From an uncultured bacterium (GTDB lineage Bacteria; Zixibacteria; MSB-5A5; GN15; FEB-12), in the NCBI GenBank assembly GCA_965372795.1, contig CBDVDR010000002.1:64001-128000 (forward strand): 64,000 bases of DNA, in the 5' to 3' direction. The stretch's first letter is position 1. The number at the start of each line of letters is the position of its first letter. The notes under the pieces are model-generated. The model did not search any database. It saw only the letters and a program-made list of their open reading frames with translations, and had not been told where the DNA came from. The translations under genes and the position numbers were made by a program. This document shows positions 9,678 through 17,616 of this stretch, in pieces.

Positions 9678-9749
9678 AAAATCCTCCATTAGTATTCTAA
9701 TACTAAAAAGAATTTTTCTATAAAACAGTCAACAAAAAAGAGAATTACA

Positions 9750-10058
9750 ATGATGAAAAAGATTTTTGAGATCATCAAACAATGTAACCCGATTATAAAT
9801 ATCGCAACTATCACTTTTGGCGTCATCGCCGCCTATTTCATGACTATCCAATCCTTAAAACTGGAACTGGCAGAGAAAGCCGAAGAAAGAGTCGTCGAAA
9901 CCCTCGACAAAAAACTTAGTAATTTAGAGGTGATCCTAAAAGAAGGGGTAATTAGTAAAGAGGTCTTTTTAAAATTCTCAAACGATATGAACAATAGATT
10001 ATCAAGAATTGAATTTTATCTAACCGATAAACCGGGAGTAAAAATTGAGCAAAAATGA
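9750..10058 (+). CDS. Small protein with one TM helix and coiled coil (possibly holin-like)
   Basis: Hydrophobic IINIATITFGVIAAYFM followed by a heptad-rich region. First gene of the structural transcription unit. Confidence 0.5.
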   Translation: MMKKIFEIIKQCNPIINIATITFGVIAAYFMTIQSLKLELAEKAEERVVETLDKKLSNLEVILKEGVISKEVFLKFSNDMNNRLSRIEFYLTDKPGVKIEQK

Positions 10059-10452
10059 ATCGAACTATCAAAAGCTTATTGAAAACACTATCGCCGAATT
10101 AACCGCCGAAAACTTCGCTGAAATTGATTTTGATAAACTAATCAAGCTCCTCGCCAATCTGAAATCAAAAATCAATTCCGCCATAATCCTTGAAGAAAAC
10201 CATAAAATCCTGCAAACCGATTATATCGCCCGCATCTCCGGTATGCTAAAAGCGATTGCCGTTGTTAATCACAGCCGGGAAAAAAATGAAAACATTCTAA
10301 AACTTATAGAATCCCTGTCCGGCTTGGATGCTCTCTCGTTAACCGGATGCTACCGGAAAGTTTCAGCAAAATTTCGTGAGGCTTTCCCTACAAGTTTCGG
10401 ACTTGTTGATCATATTTATAAACCGAAACTGAATTTTAATCAATACAAATAA
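10045..10452 (+). CDS. Helical protein, putative capsid scaffold
   Basis: All-helical 135 aa protein just upstream of the decoration and capsid genes. Function inferred from position. Confidence 0.45.
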   Translation: MSKNESNYQKLIENTIAELTAENFAEIDFDKLIKLLANLKSKINSAIILEENHKILQTDYIARISGMLKAIAVVNHSREKNENILKLIESLSGLDALSLTGCYRKVSAKFREAFPTSFGLVDHIYKPKLNFNQYK

Positions 10453-10526
10453 AGAGGGATCATTATCCCGATCATGAGGGAAAATTCATTCCCGATCTGT
10501 CTTAACTAAAAAACAAAAGGAATTAT

Positions 10527-10946
10527 ATGACTGTTCGTGATCATAATCTCGAAACTGTAGCGCCCGTTCTTGCCACCTTTAAAATCTCCCAGACTGCAAA
10601 TGTCGATGATTTAAAAGATACCAATCTGGGCGAACCGGTTGAATTAACAGCCGGAAATACTGTCGGACCAATCTCTGCCGGAAATCAACTGCTCGGTAAA
10701 TTGATTAGTCTCACCCTGAATGATAACGATGATGGCGACCGGCTCGCTACCGTCCAAATCGGCGGCGTCTGCCGTCTGGCTGTCTCATCCACCTATCCTG
10801 TTGTCGGCAACAAAGTAGTCGGCGGAACCGCAGGAACTGTTAAACAATCGCCAACCGTCGCCTCAGACCCCGCCGGTGGAAATATCGCGCGCGGGATTGT
10901 CGTTGATGTCAACGGTACTGCTGATTGCTTAATCTACTTGAATTAG
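10527..10946 (+). CDS. Putative head decoration / capsid cement protein
   Basis: 139 aa, G/V/T-rich beta protein directly before the major capsid gene. Confidence 0.6.
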   Translation: MTVRDHNLETVAPVLATFKISQTANVDDLKDTNLGEPVELTAGNTVGPISAGNQLLGKLISLTLNDNDDGDRLATVQIGGVCRLAVSSTYPVVGNKVVGGTAGTVKQSPTVASDPAGGNIARGIVVDVNGTADCLIYLN

Positions 10947-10958
10947 AAAGGAAAAATA

Positions 10959-12062
10959 ATGGACTTTAATCAATTTCTGGATCTTCCGGCTCTGTCAGCC
11001 ATGAACAACAGCTCCGATCAAAATCTCCCAATTTCAAACCTCGATTTTGAACGAGCCGCCGCCATCGAATTAAACCGTCAATCCTATCAGGAAGCTGACA
11101 CCCGCGGGATGACACTCTCGGAACTGCTCGAAACCGATGAATACGACCCGTCCCTACCCGGAAGCTCCCTTGATGCTTTCGAACGCCAGCTTGCCCTCTC
11201 CGGCATAAAAATCAACGGGAAATCTCCGACTACGGTCGAACAGTTCTTCCAGCAGGCTCCGGCTCTGCTCCCTGAATTTATGCTTCGTGAAATAAAAAAG
11301 GGGATGGCGATGCGTCCCGAATTAAACCGCTTGGTTGCCAACTCAACCACTATCGCGACCAACAAATACACGCCCTTTTTTATCGACACCTCCGATAATT
11401 CCAAATTTTCACTAAGACCGGTCGGCGATGGTGCCGAAATACCGCAACTGATCGTCACCGAACAAAACCATTCGGTCAACGTCGTTGACTACGGCTTGGC
11501 TTTGAAAGCCAGCTACAAATCCCTCCGCTACCGCACGACCTCACAATTCAGAGTCCTGCTCTGGTACATCGGTTTTAAAATTCAAACCGATAAAATCGGG
11601 ATGCTTGTCAGCACCCTCATCAATGGCGACGGCAACAGCAACTCCGCCGCGATTGTCAATACTTCCGCTTCCGGCACCCTCGACTATGATGATCTCGTCA
11701 GTTTGTGGGCGCAATTCTCACCTTTCGAAATGAACACCCTTATCTGCCATATCGACCAGATGAAAACCATTTTGAAACTGAACGAATTCAAAGACCCGCT
11801 CGCCGGATTCCGTTTCCAAAAAAGCGGCGAACTGTTTAATCCGCTCGGTGCCTTATTGGTGCGCTCTGATGAAGTTCCCTCAGACAGTGTTATCGGCCTC
11901 GATAACCGCTTTGCTATTGAGGAGGTCATCACCCAGCCACTAATGGTCGAATATGACAAAATTATCGAACAACGCTTTGAAGAAGCGGTCATCACAGAAT
12001 CGGTTACCTATGCCAAAGTTATTAAAGAAGCTTCGGTTATGCTCGATTCGGTCTGGACTTAA
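10959..12062 (+). CDS. Major capsid protein (HK97 fold)
   Basis: 367 aa with LDAFERQL, LLPEFM, VGDGAEIP, INGDGN and VEYDKIIEQ segments typical of a phage capsid family. Strong RBS and head-module context. Confidence 0.85.
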   Translation: MDFNQFLDLPALSAMNNSSDQNLPISNLDFERAAAIELNRQSYQEADTRGMTLSELLETDEYDPSLPGSSLDAFERQLALSGIKINGKSPTTVEQFFQQAPALLPEFMLREIKKGMAMRPELNRLVANSTTIATNKYTPFFIDTSDNSKFSLRPVGDGAEIPQLIVTEQNHSVNVVDYGLALKASYKSLRYRTTSQFRVLLWYIGFKIQTDKIGMLVSTLINGDGNSNSAAIVNTSASGTLDYDDLVSLWAQFSPFEMNTLICHIDQMKTILKLNEFKDPLAGFRFQKSGELFNPLGALLVRSDEVPSDSVIGLDNRFAIEEVITQPLMVEYDKIIEQRFEEAVITESVTYAKVIKEASVMLDSVWT

Positions 12063-12110
12063 ATAAATATGGGCTCGGTTTATCTGAAACTCAGACTAAT
12101 GACAAAACAC

Positions 12111-12251
12111 TATTTCGTCATCTCAAACGAGAATTTCGTCGTCTCATACGGAGTATCTCGTCATCTCGAGCGGAGTATTTCGCCATCTCAAGCGGAGTAT
12201 TTCGCCATCTCGAGCGGAGTATCTCGTCATCTCGAGCGGAGTCGAGAGATG
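12111..12251 (+). repeat. Tandem array of six ~22-bp units ending in a REP-like hairpin
   Basis: Consensus TATYTCGYCATCTCRAGCGGAG at 12111, 12132, 12154, 12176, 12198 and 12220. The last unit closes as catctcga-gcggag-tcgagagatg. Confidence 0.85.
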
Positions 12252-12322
12252 AATTTTATGAATAATGATTTTGTCAACAATCTCAAACTCGGTTTACCGA
12301 GCCCTTTTTAAAAAGGCTTAAT

Positions 12323-13732
12323 ATGAAGAAAAAAATAACTCAATCAACAGCAACCTTCACCCTTGGACTATCAAAAGGAAACAAACTTTTCAAAATCCCA
12401 TCGGGGGAGTATGCCGGTCGCATGATCATGATCTTAAAAAACAGTCCGGCAAACATCAAATTCTCTTACGCCGACTCACCCGGTAACATCTGGTCGACTC
12501 TGACAACCATCACTACCGACTCATCCGACACCGACTTTGATGCGGCGATGGATGAAAACGGTCATATCCACGTCGTTTACTCCGACTCCAACAATTTTCT
12601 TATCTACCGCAAACTAACCTTTACCGCCGGAAACTGGACGGTGGGCAATGCCGGCACGGTTTACAGCACCGATCCTTCTTACTACCCGTCAATTGTCCTC
12701 GAACCAACGGGAAAACTTTGGATCGGATGGACCAAGCTCGTCGATGGCTCACGCTACCTTTGCGTTAAATCCTCAACCGACTCCGGAACAACCTGGGGCA
12801 GCGGACCATCAGATGATGGCGAACTGCTTACCGGACCATTACCCGCTGTCTACCCAAAACTTATTATTGGCGCCGGAAATCTCCATGCCATTTACGCTGA
12901 CGGCACCTCTGAACTGGCGGTCAAATCATACCCGATTGAGGGGGGAAGCTGGTCGGCAAAAGTTTTAATCGCCTCCGGATCAGAATTGGACAACAACTTT
13001 GACGCCGCCCTCTCTACCGATGGGATGCTTGGCGTTGTCTTTGATGATAATGAACTCAAATACCGCGAGTTCGACGGCTCCAACTGGAGTGCCATCACAA
13101 ATCTTGACTCAAACGAAGGCTTCATGCCCCAGCTCATCTTTATCAACAACGTGCCATACGTTATCTACACATCCTATCTTTCCGACAGCGAGTACATTTT
13201 AAAATATGTCAGCCGGAAAAGCGGAAGTTTCTCCCTGCCTGCTCTCTTTGATCCTTCGGCAAAAACTTTCGACTCCGTCCAGCTTTACAACTCTGTCTCA
13301 GCAACCTATGAAAACCTGACCTCCGAATCGGAAAATTCAACCACCGCCGATATTTATCATTCATCCTCAAACGGACTGCTTAAAAATATCGGTGATGCTC
13401 TATACCTGGGGATGAATCTCAAATTCCGCTACCTCTATTTTAACCTGTTTACAGCCGGAACCGGCGGAGCCGTCATCTTCAGCTACTGGGATGGTTCCAA
13501 CTGGAAATCGTTCACCCCCGAAGACGGCAATTATAATTTAGATGCTTCTGAAAAGAAACTGATTCTTTTTGATGACCAACAAACCATCCCGCAGGACTGG
13601 CAAAAATCATCTATAAATAATTCCGATAACTTCTGGATCAAAATAGAAACGGTTACCGCCTACGCAACTGCTCCGGTCGGAAATAAAATTTCTGCCGTTT
13701 CTGACATTCATGCTTTTTCGGTGAGGAGGTAA
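12323..13732 (+). CDS. BNR/Asp-box beta-propeller protein with C-terminal beta-sandwich; putative virion component
   Basis: SSTDSGTTW Asp-box and repeated blades (GHIHVVY, GKLWIGW, GNLHAIY, FDGSNWS). C-terminal SYWDGSNW...FWIKI. No signal peptide. Confidence 0.65.
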   Translation: MKKKITQSTATFTLGLSKGNKLFKIPSGEYAGRMIMILKNSPANIKFSYADSPGNIWSTLTTITTDSSDTDFDAAMDENGHIHVVYSDSNNFLIYRKLTFTAGNWTVGNAGTVYSTDPSYYPSIVLEPTGKLWIGWTKLVDGSRYLCVKSSTDSGTTWGSGPSDDGELLTGPLPAVYPKLIIGAGNLHAIYADGTSELAVKSYPIEGGSWSAKVLIASGSELDNNFDAALSTDGMLGVVFDDNELKYREFDGSNWSAITNLDSNEGFMPQLIFINNVPYVIYTSYLSDSEYILKYVSRKSGSFSLPALFDPSAKTFDSVQLYNSVSATYENLTSESENSTTADIYHSSSNGLLKNIGDALYLGMNLKFRYLYFNLFTAGTGGAVIFSYWDGSNWKSFTPEDGNYNLDASEKKLILFDDQQTIPQDWQKSSINNSDNFWIKIETVTAYATAPVGNKISAVSDIHAFSVRR

Positions 13733-13735
13733 TTA

Positions 13736-14548
13736 TTGTCCTATACCAACAAAGAAATTGTTAAAAGTTTTCTGGTGGAATCGCTTCCGTTATTTGCCCG
13801 GGTTGTCAACCAACCGGTTACTTTAATTGATGATGATTACGTCAGCTTCTTTAACCGATCAATTGAAAGCTCATCGGTCATTGTTAAAAACTTAAAAAGC
13901 AATGTCTACACCCGATCTTCTTTGACCCTTAATGCCAGCACCGTAAACTTTTCATCAATACAAGTCGTCCCCGAATCAGTCGTTGTTTCAAACAACAGCT
14001 CGCTCGGAATAATTTATATCGAAAATTCTGATTTCATCATTGATTATCAAAACGGAAATTTAACCATTAAATCTAATAGCCGTCTCCAATTAAACCAGCC
14101 CGTTACAATTTGGTACCAGACCTTTCATATTTATACCAACACCTCCGATTACCAGATTGATTCCGTCAATGGGAAAATTAAAAAAGTCCCTTCCGGTTCA
14201 ATCGCCGCCGGTGAAACCGTCTATCTCGATTATACTCCCTTAAGTGCTACCTACAACGAGGAACTAATCGAAAACTCAGTCTTCACCGCCAACGGTTTGA
14301 TCGAAAAGGAAGTGGACCCCGAAGCTTCTTTCGGAGCCGACCTGACTCTTCAAACAGCGGCAACTTTCAAAGCTCTCGAAATTATCTGTCATGCCTCCGT
14401 TTTAAGAGAACTATCCTCAAATTCATTCGCCGATAAAAAATCATCCGACTGGATAAAACTGGGGGAGATCTATCGCCAGAAATCGGAAGAACTGATCAAA
14501 AAATTCCGCCCGCCTTTCAGTCCGGCTAAATCACCGACCCATAGTTGA
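13736..14548 (+). CDS. Putative head-completion/adaptor protein with two inserted beta repeats
   Basis: N-terminal MSYTxxExVK and a helical C-terminus resemble gp6/gp15-type connectors. Internal repeats DFIIDYQNG...VTIWY and DYQIDSVNG...VYLDY. Confidence 0.5.
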   Translation: MSYTNKEIVKSFLVESLPLFARVVNQPVTLIDDDYVSFFNRSIESSSVIVKNLKSNVYTRSSLTLNASTVNFSSIQVVPESVVVSNNSSLGIIYIENSDFIIDYQNGNLTIKSNSRLQLNQPVTIWYQTFHIYTNTSDYQIDSVNGKIKKVPSGSIAAGETVYLDYTPLSATYNEELIENSVFTANGLIEKEVDPEASFGADLTLQTAATFKALEIICHASVLRELSSNSFADKKSSDWIKLGEIYRQKSEELIKKFRPPFSPAKSPTHS

Positions 14549-14558
14549 GGAGTAAATT

Positions 14559-14933
14559 ATGAACAATGCCCTAAACGCTGTTAAATCAAAAAGAATATGG
14601 TTCATCCCCGATTTCTCAACCTGGGGAGTATCTCAGGAAGCCGAAATAGATTTTGCTCTGGTCGAGGGAGTCGACTCCGAACAAAATCTTTTCTACGGCA
14701 ATCAACCGATTGGCGCCTCGCTGCAAAAGGTAAATTTCTCAGACCTCGTCGATCACAGGGGAAACCCACTGCCGGCTGAAATAGATTCACCCAAAGTCAT
14801 CCCCCGGTCAAAAACTTCCGAACCGATTTTTATTGTCGGCAAAGAATCCTCAAACGATTTCAATATTGCCCGAAGTCATGAATCTTCAGGACCCGTTCCC
14901 GGGGATCTGATGATTATCGAAATGGGCAGTTAA
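14559..14933 (+). CDS. Hypothetical protein of the phage-like cluster
   Basis: RBS GAGGAG. Tightly packed in the operon. Confidence 0.6.
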   Translation: MNNALNAVKSKRIWFIPDFSTWGVSQEAEIDFALVEGVDSEQNLFYGNQPIGASLQKVNFSDLVDHRGNPLPAEIDSPKVIPRSKTSEPIFIVGKESSNDFNIARSHESSGPVPGDLMIIEMGS

Positions 14934-15311
14934 ATGACTAAAAAGAAAAAACGAAAAAGGAAAGAGAAAAAGAAAAAAGCCCAACAGGAAAAAACAGAAA
15001 AACAAAAAGAACAAAAATCTAAAACCTTAGCTAACTACATCGAAGTTGTTGATGAACTGATATTCGAATATTACGAAGGACTTATTAAAAGCATTAGAGA
15101 ACTTGAAATTTATAAGTTAGGAGAATTTGTTAAAATGGTTGAATTAAAAAGAAAAATCAGCCCCGCCGATGCCGACCAGAAAAAGTTCTGGAATAAAATC
15201 CAAATCGTCCGTCAAAAAGCTCTGAAAGAAAAAGATGAACAGCGTCCAGCTGATAAAGATGCTTCCAATTCCATCGTCACAAAAAATACAAACGAAGCCA
15301 ACCCCCAATGA
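14934..15311 (+). CDS. Small basic protein; possible small terminase or DNA-binding protein
   Basis: K/R-rich N-terminus (KKKKRKRKEKKKK) and helical core KLGEFVKMVELKRKI. Function is a guess. Confidence 0.45.
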   Translation: MTKKKKRKRKEKKKKAQQEKTEKQKEQKSKTLANYIEVVDELIFEYYEGLIKSIRELEIYKLGEFVKMVELKRKISPADADQKKFWNKIQIVRQKALKEKDEQRPADKDASNSIVTKNTNEANPQ

Positions 15312-16069
15312 TCAAACTGATCAAATTCATTATCCTCGCTTTAATATTATTGGCTTCCAATTCTTCGGCATCGGTTGACACCCTTTCTGATACTACCGAA
15401 ATCTATGATGGAATAATCTACTCCTATGCCAATTGCAACTCGGATGTCAATAATGAAAATTGCCGGCGTTATAACGGCGGCAAGGTTGTCAACCTCTCGA
15501 TTGGGTTGAAAGATATTGATGATGAAACCAGAGCCTTATTCATGATCCCGGGCTGGGATGGCACCCTGCCTGACTCGGCAAAGTTTGAAATCTTCTGCTA
15601 TTTGGAAACTGATGCTGTCGACCGTAAATTTTTCATTTACCCGCTCACAAAACAAATTTATGAAGGCACCGAAAATGGCTACAATATTGGGGGATACCCC
15701 GAACCCGACAGCGGTGCAACCTGGTCTCATGCCTGGCTGGATGTTGGCGATAATGATTCCTTAAACTGGACGACCTCCGGCGGTGACTATCTAACTGCTG
15801 TTGCCTGCACTGCCTTAGTCACCCATGAAAACGATTATTTTTCATTTCATAACTTTGAACGAATACTGAACTATTGGGACACCTCGGGCAATAATTACGG
15901 CTTTATAATGATCAATCAAAATTCATTCCCCAACCTCACTTCATCAAAAATTATTCGTTCAAGCGAGGGACCAACCGCAACCGTTCCCAATCTGCTGCTT
16001 TTTTATGCAGATTCGGTTAACTATAATTACAGGAGGAGACAAATTGTCAATCATCTGCTTAATAAATAA
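15308..16069 (+). CDS. Secreted DNRLRE-like domain protein
   Basis: Signal peptide (..SNSSA). ETRALFM, GATW, WTTSGGDY, NYGFIM and SSEG...PNLLL match the DNRLRE pattern. Confidence 0.7.
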   Translation: MIKLIKFIILALILLASNSSASVDTLSDTTEIYDGIIYSYANCNSDVNNENCRRYNGGKVVNLSIGLKDIDDETRALFMIPGWDGTLPDSAKFEIFCYLETDAVDRKFFIYPLTKQIYEGTENGYNIGGYPEPDSGATWSHAWLDVGDNDSLNWTTSGGDYLTAVACTALVTHENDYFSFHNFERILNYWDTSGNNYGFIMINQNSFPNLTSSKIIRSSEGPTATVPNLLLFYADSVNYNYRRRQIVNHLLNK

Positions 16070-16073
16070 GATC

Positions 16074-17225
16074 ATGAAAAATTTAATTATTATTATTTTT
16101 ATCTTTATCCATTGTTCGGTTAGTGCTGCAATCGTCCGCAATAACACCGGCACCGTCACCTCGCATGACTCCTTGTCATTTCTATTTTATGCTGTCGATT
16201 CGCTCGGCAATCCCACCACCGCCGACTCATTATTTATCGTATCAACAAATCCCGGTGGAACGATTGCCTATAAAGATTCGATGGCAATCTCAAACAGCCG
16301 GATCAGATCTACCACCATCAGATCAAAACAATTCTATTCCTTTTCTGATCAGGTTTCAAATCTGGATGGTTCCGGTAATCAGGGCGTCTATTCATTAACT
16401 CTGCTGGCATACCAAAGCAGCCAAAGTTTACTGACCCCAAATAATTTTACTTTCCAGATTATTTCATCTGAGTTCTCCCGTCAAATTGCCTCAATCAATG
16501 ATTCGGTCAACATCAAAGGCGGCATCATAGATTCAACCATGATTGCCGCCTCAGTCTGGAATGCTCCCCAATCCAATCATACTATAAACTCAACCTTTGG
16601 AAAATATCTGGACTCTGAGATTTCAGGGCTGACCTCCGGTTCGGGAGCCTTCTCCGTCAAACTGGTTACCATTGATTCTTCCACAAACCAGATGATCCCC
16701 GGAACCAATCTTACCATTCGAAACTTGATGCAAAATTCTCTGATTGCTATTGGAAATACTAATTCCAACGGAGAGGCATCTTTTAACTTAGATGCTGACA
16801 GTTTTACCGTCATACCAATTTTACATGGATATATCTTTGAACCTTTTGATACTTTGGTGATAACCGGATCAACAACGGATACTTTGTTGGCTCATAAATT
16901 TAATCCCGGAACTCCGGCCTCACCCGCTTTGTGCCGGATGTATGGCTGGGTTTTTAATATCGATGGCACCGTTGCCAACAGCACCGTAATTACCGCCTCG
17001 ATTCCTGCTGTAAATGTTACTTACTTAAATTCTGTAATCTCAACCCAGGAAATCACAACTGTGACAGATTCAGCCGGATATTTTTATCTCGATCTGATCC
17101 CTTCGAATTTACTGACCCCGGTTGATTCAAAATATGAAATTACAGTCAGCCGTAAAAACGGATCGATCATGAGAACGAGAATACTGATCCCCGAATTAGG
17201 GAGTTGGATGTTTCAACCTCAATAA
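16074..17225 (+). CDS. Secreted beta-sandwich (prealbumin/carboxypeptidase-regulatory-like) protein; alternative TTG start at 16044
   Basis: Signal peptide MKNLIIIIFIFIHCSVSA. TNSNGEASFNL and TDSAGYFYLDL Ig-like motifs. Confidence 0.65.
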   Translation: MKNLIIIIFIFIHCSVSAAIVRNNTGTVTSHDSLSFLFYAVDSLGNPTTADSLFIVSTNPGGTIAYKDSMAISNSRIRSTTIRSKQFYSFSDQVSNLDGSGNQGVYSLTLLAYQSSQSLLTPNNFTFQIISSEFSRQIASINDSVNIKGGIIDSTMIAASVWNAPQSNHTINSTFGKYLDSEISGLTSGSGAFSVKLVTIDSSTNQMIPGTNLTIRNLMQNSLIAIGNTNSNGEASFNLDADSFTVIPILHGYIFEPFDTLVITGSTTDTLLAHKFNPGTPASPALCRMYGWVFNIDGTVANSTVITASIPAVNVTYLNSVISTQEITTVTDSAGYFYLDLIPSNLLTPVDSKYEITVSRKNGSIMRTRILIPELGSWMFQPQ

Positions 17226-17354
17226 AAAAGCATCATATCTGATTTTTTGGGTTGAACCTTTGAATGTTCTGTAGGTTTTGTTTCTTGGGTGGCACCCTCA
17301 AACTTGTTTGGGGGTGTTGATACTGATTTAAATTCTGTTGATATTGTCTCATCA

Positions 17355-17595
17355 ATGTTCTGTTGGGTCTTGATTTACCAAAGGTAAATTGTGACCCGAC
17401 AGCAACCCCCCGCCCCTGCTAAATTCTGTTAAAATTGATTCTTGAATGTTCTGTTAGCCCTGTCTCATCTATGTTCTGTTGGGTCTTGATTTACCAAAGG
17501 TAAATTGTGACCCGACAGCCAAACCCCCACCCGACTAAATTCTTATATGTTCTGTTGGGTCTTGATTTACCAAAGGTAAATTGTGACCCGACAGC
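17355..17595 (+). repeat. Three identical 49-bp palindromic repeats (REP/BIME-like)
   Basis: ATGTTCTGTTGGGTCTTGATTTACCAAAGGTAAATTGTGACCCGACAGC at 17355-17403, 17471-17519 and 17547-17595. Confidence 0.95.
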
Positions 17596-17616
17596 AAAAC
17601 CCCGCCTCGCTAACTC

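Noticed and set aside
10959..12062. Encapsulin nanocompartment
   Set aside because: Accompanied by portal, terminase and maturation protease, and no cargo enzyme is adjacent.
12111..12251. CRISPR array or the 80-aa ORF 12069-12311
   Set aside because: Units are contiguous with no spacers. The ORF is just a translation of the 22-bp repeat and has no RBS.
4370..17225. Intact inducible prophage or capsid-forming PICI
   Set aside because: No integrase, repressor, primase/replication, tail or endolysin genes and no att-like direct repeats seen at the edges.
17355..17595. CRISPR array
   Set aside because: Spacers are 67 and 27 bp and resemble each other, there are no cas genes, and the same unit occurs dispersed and inverted at 41 kb.
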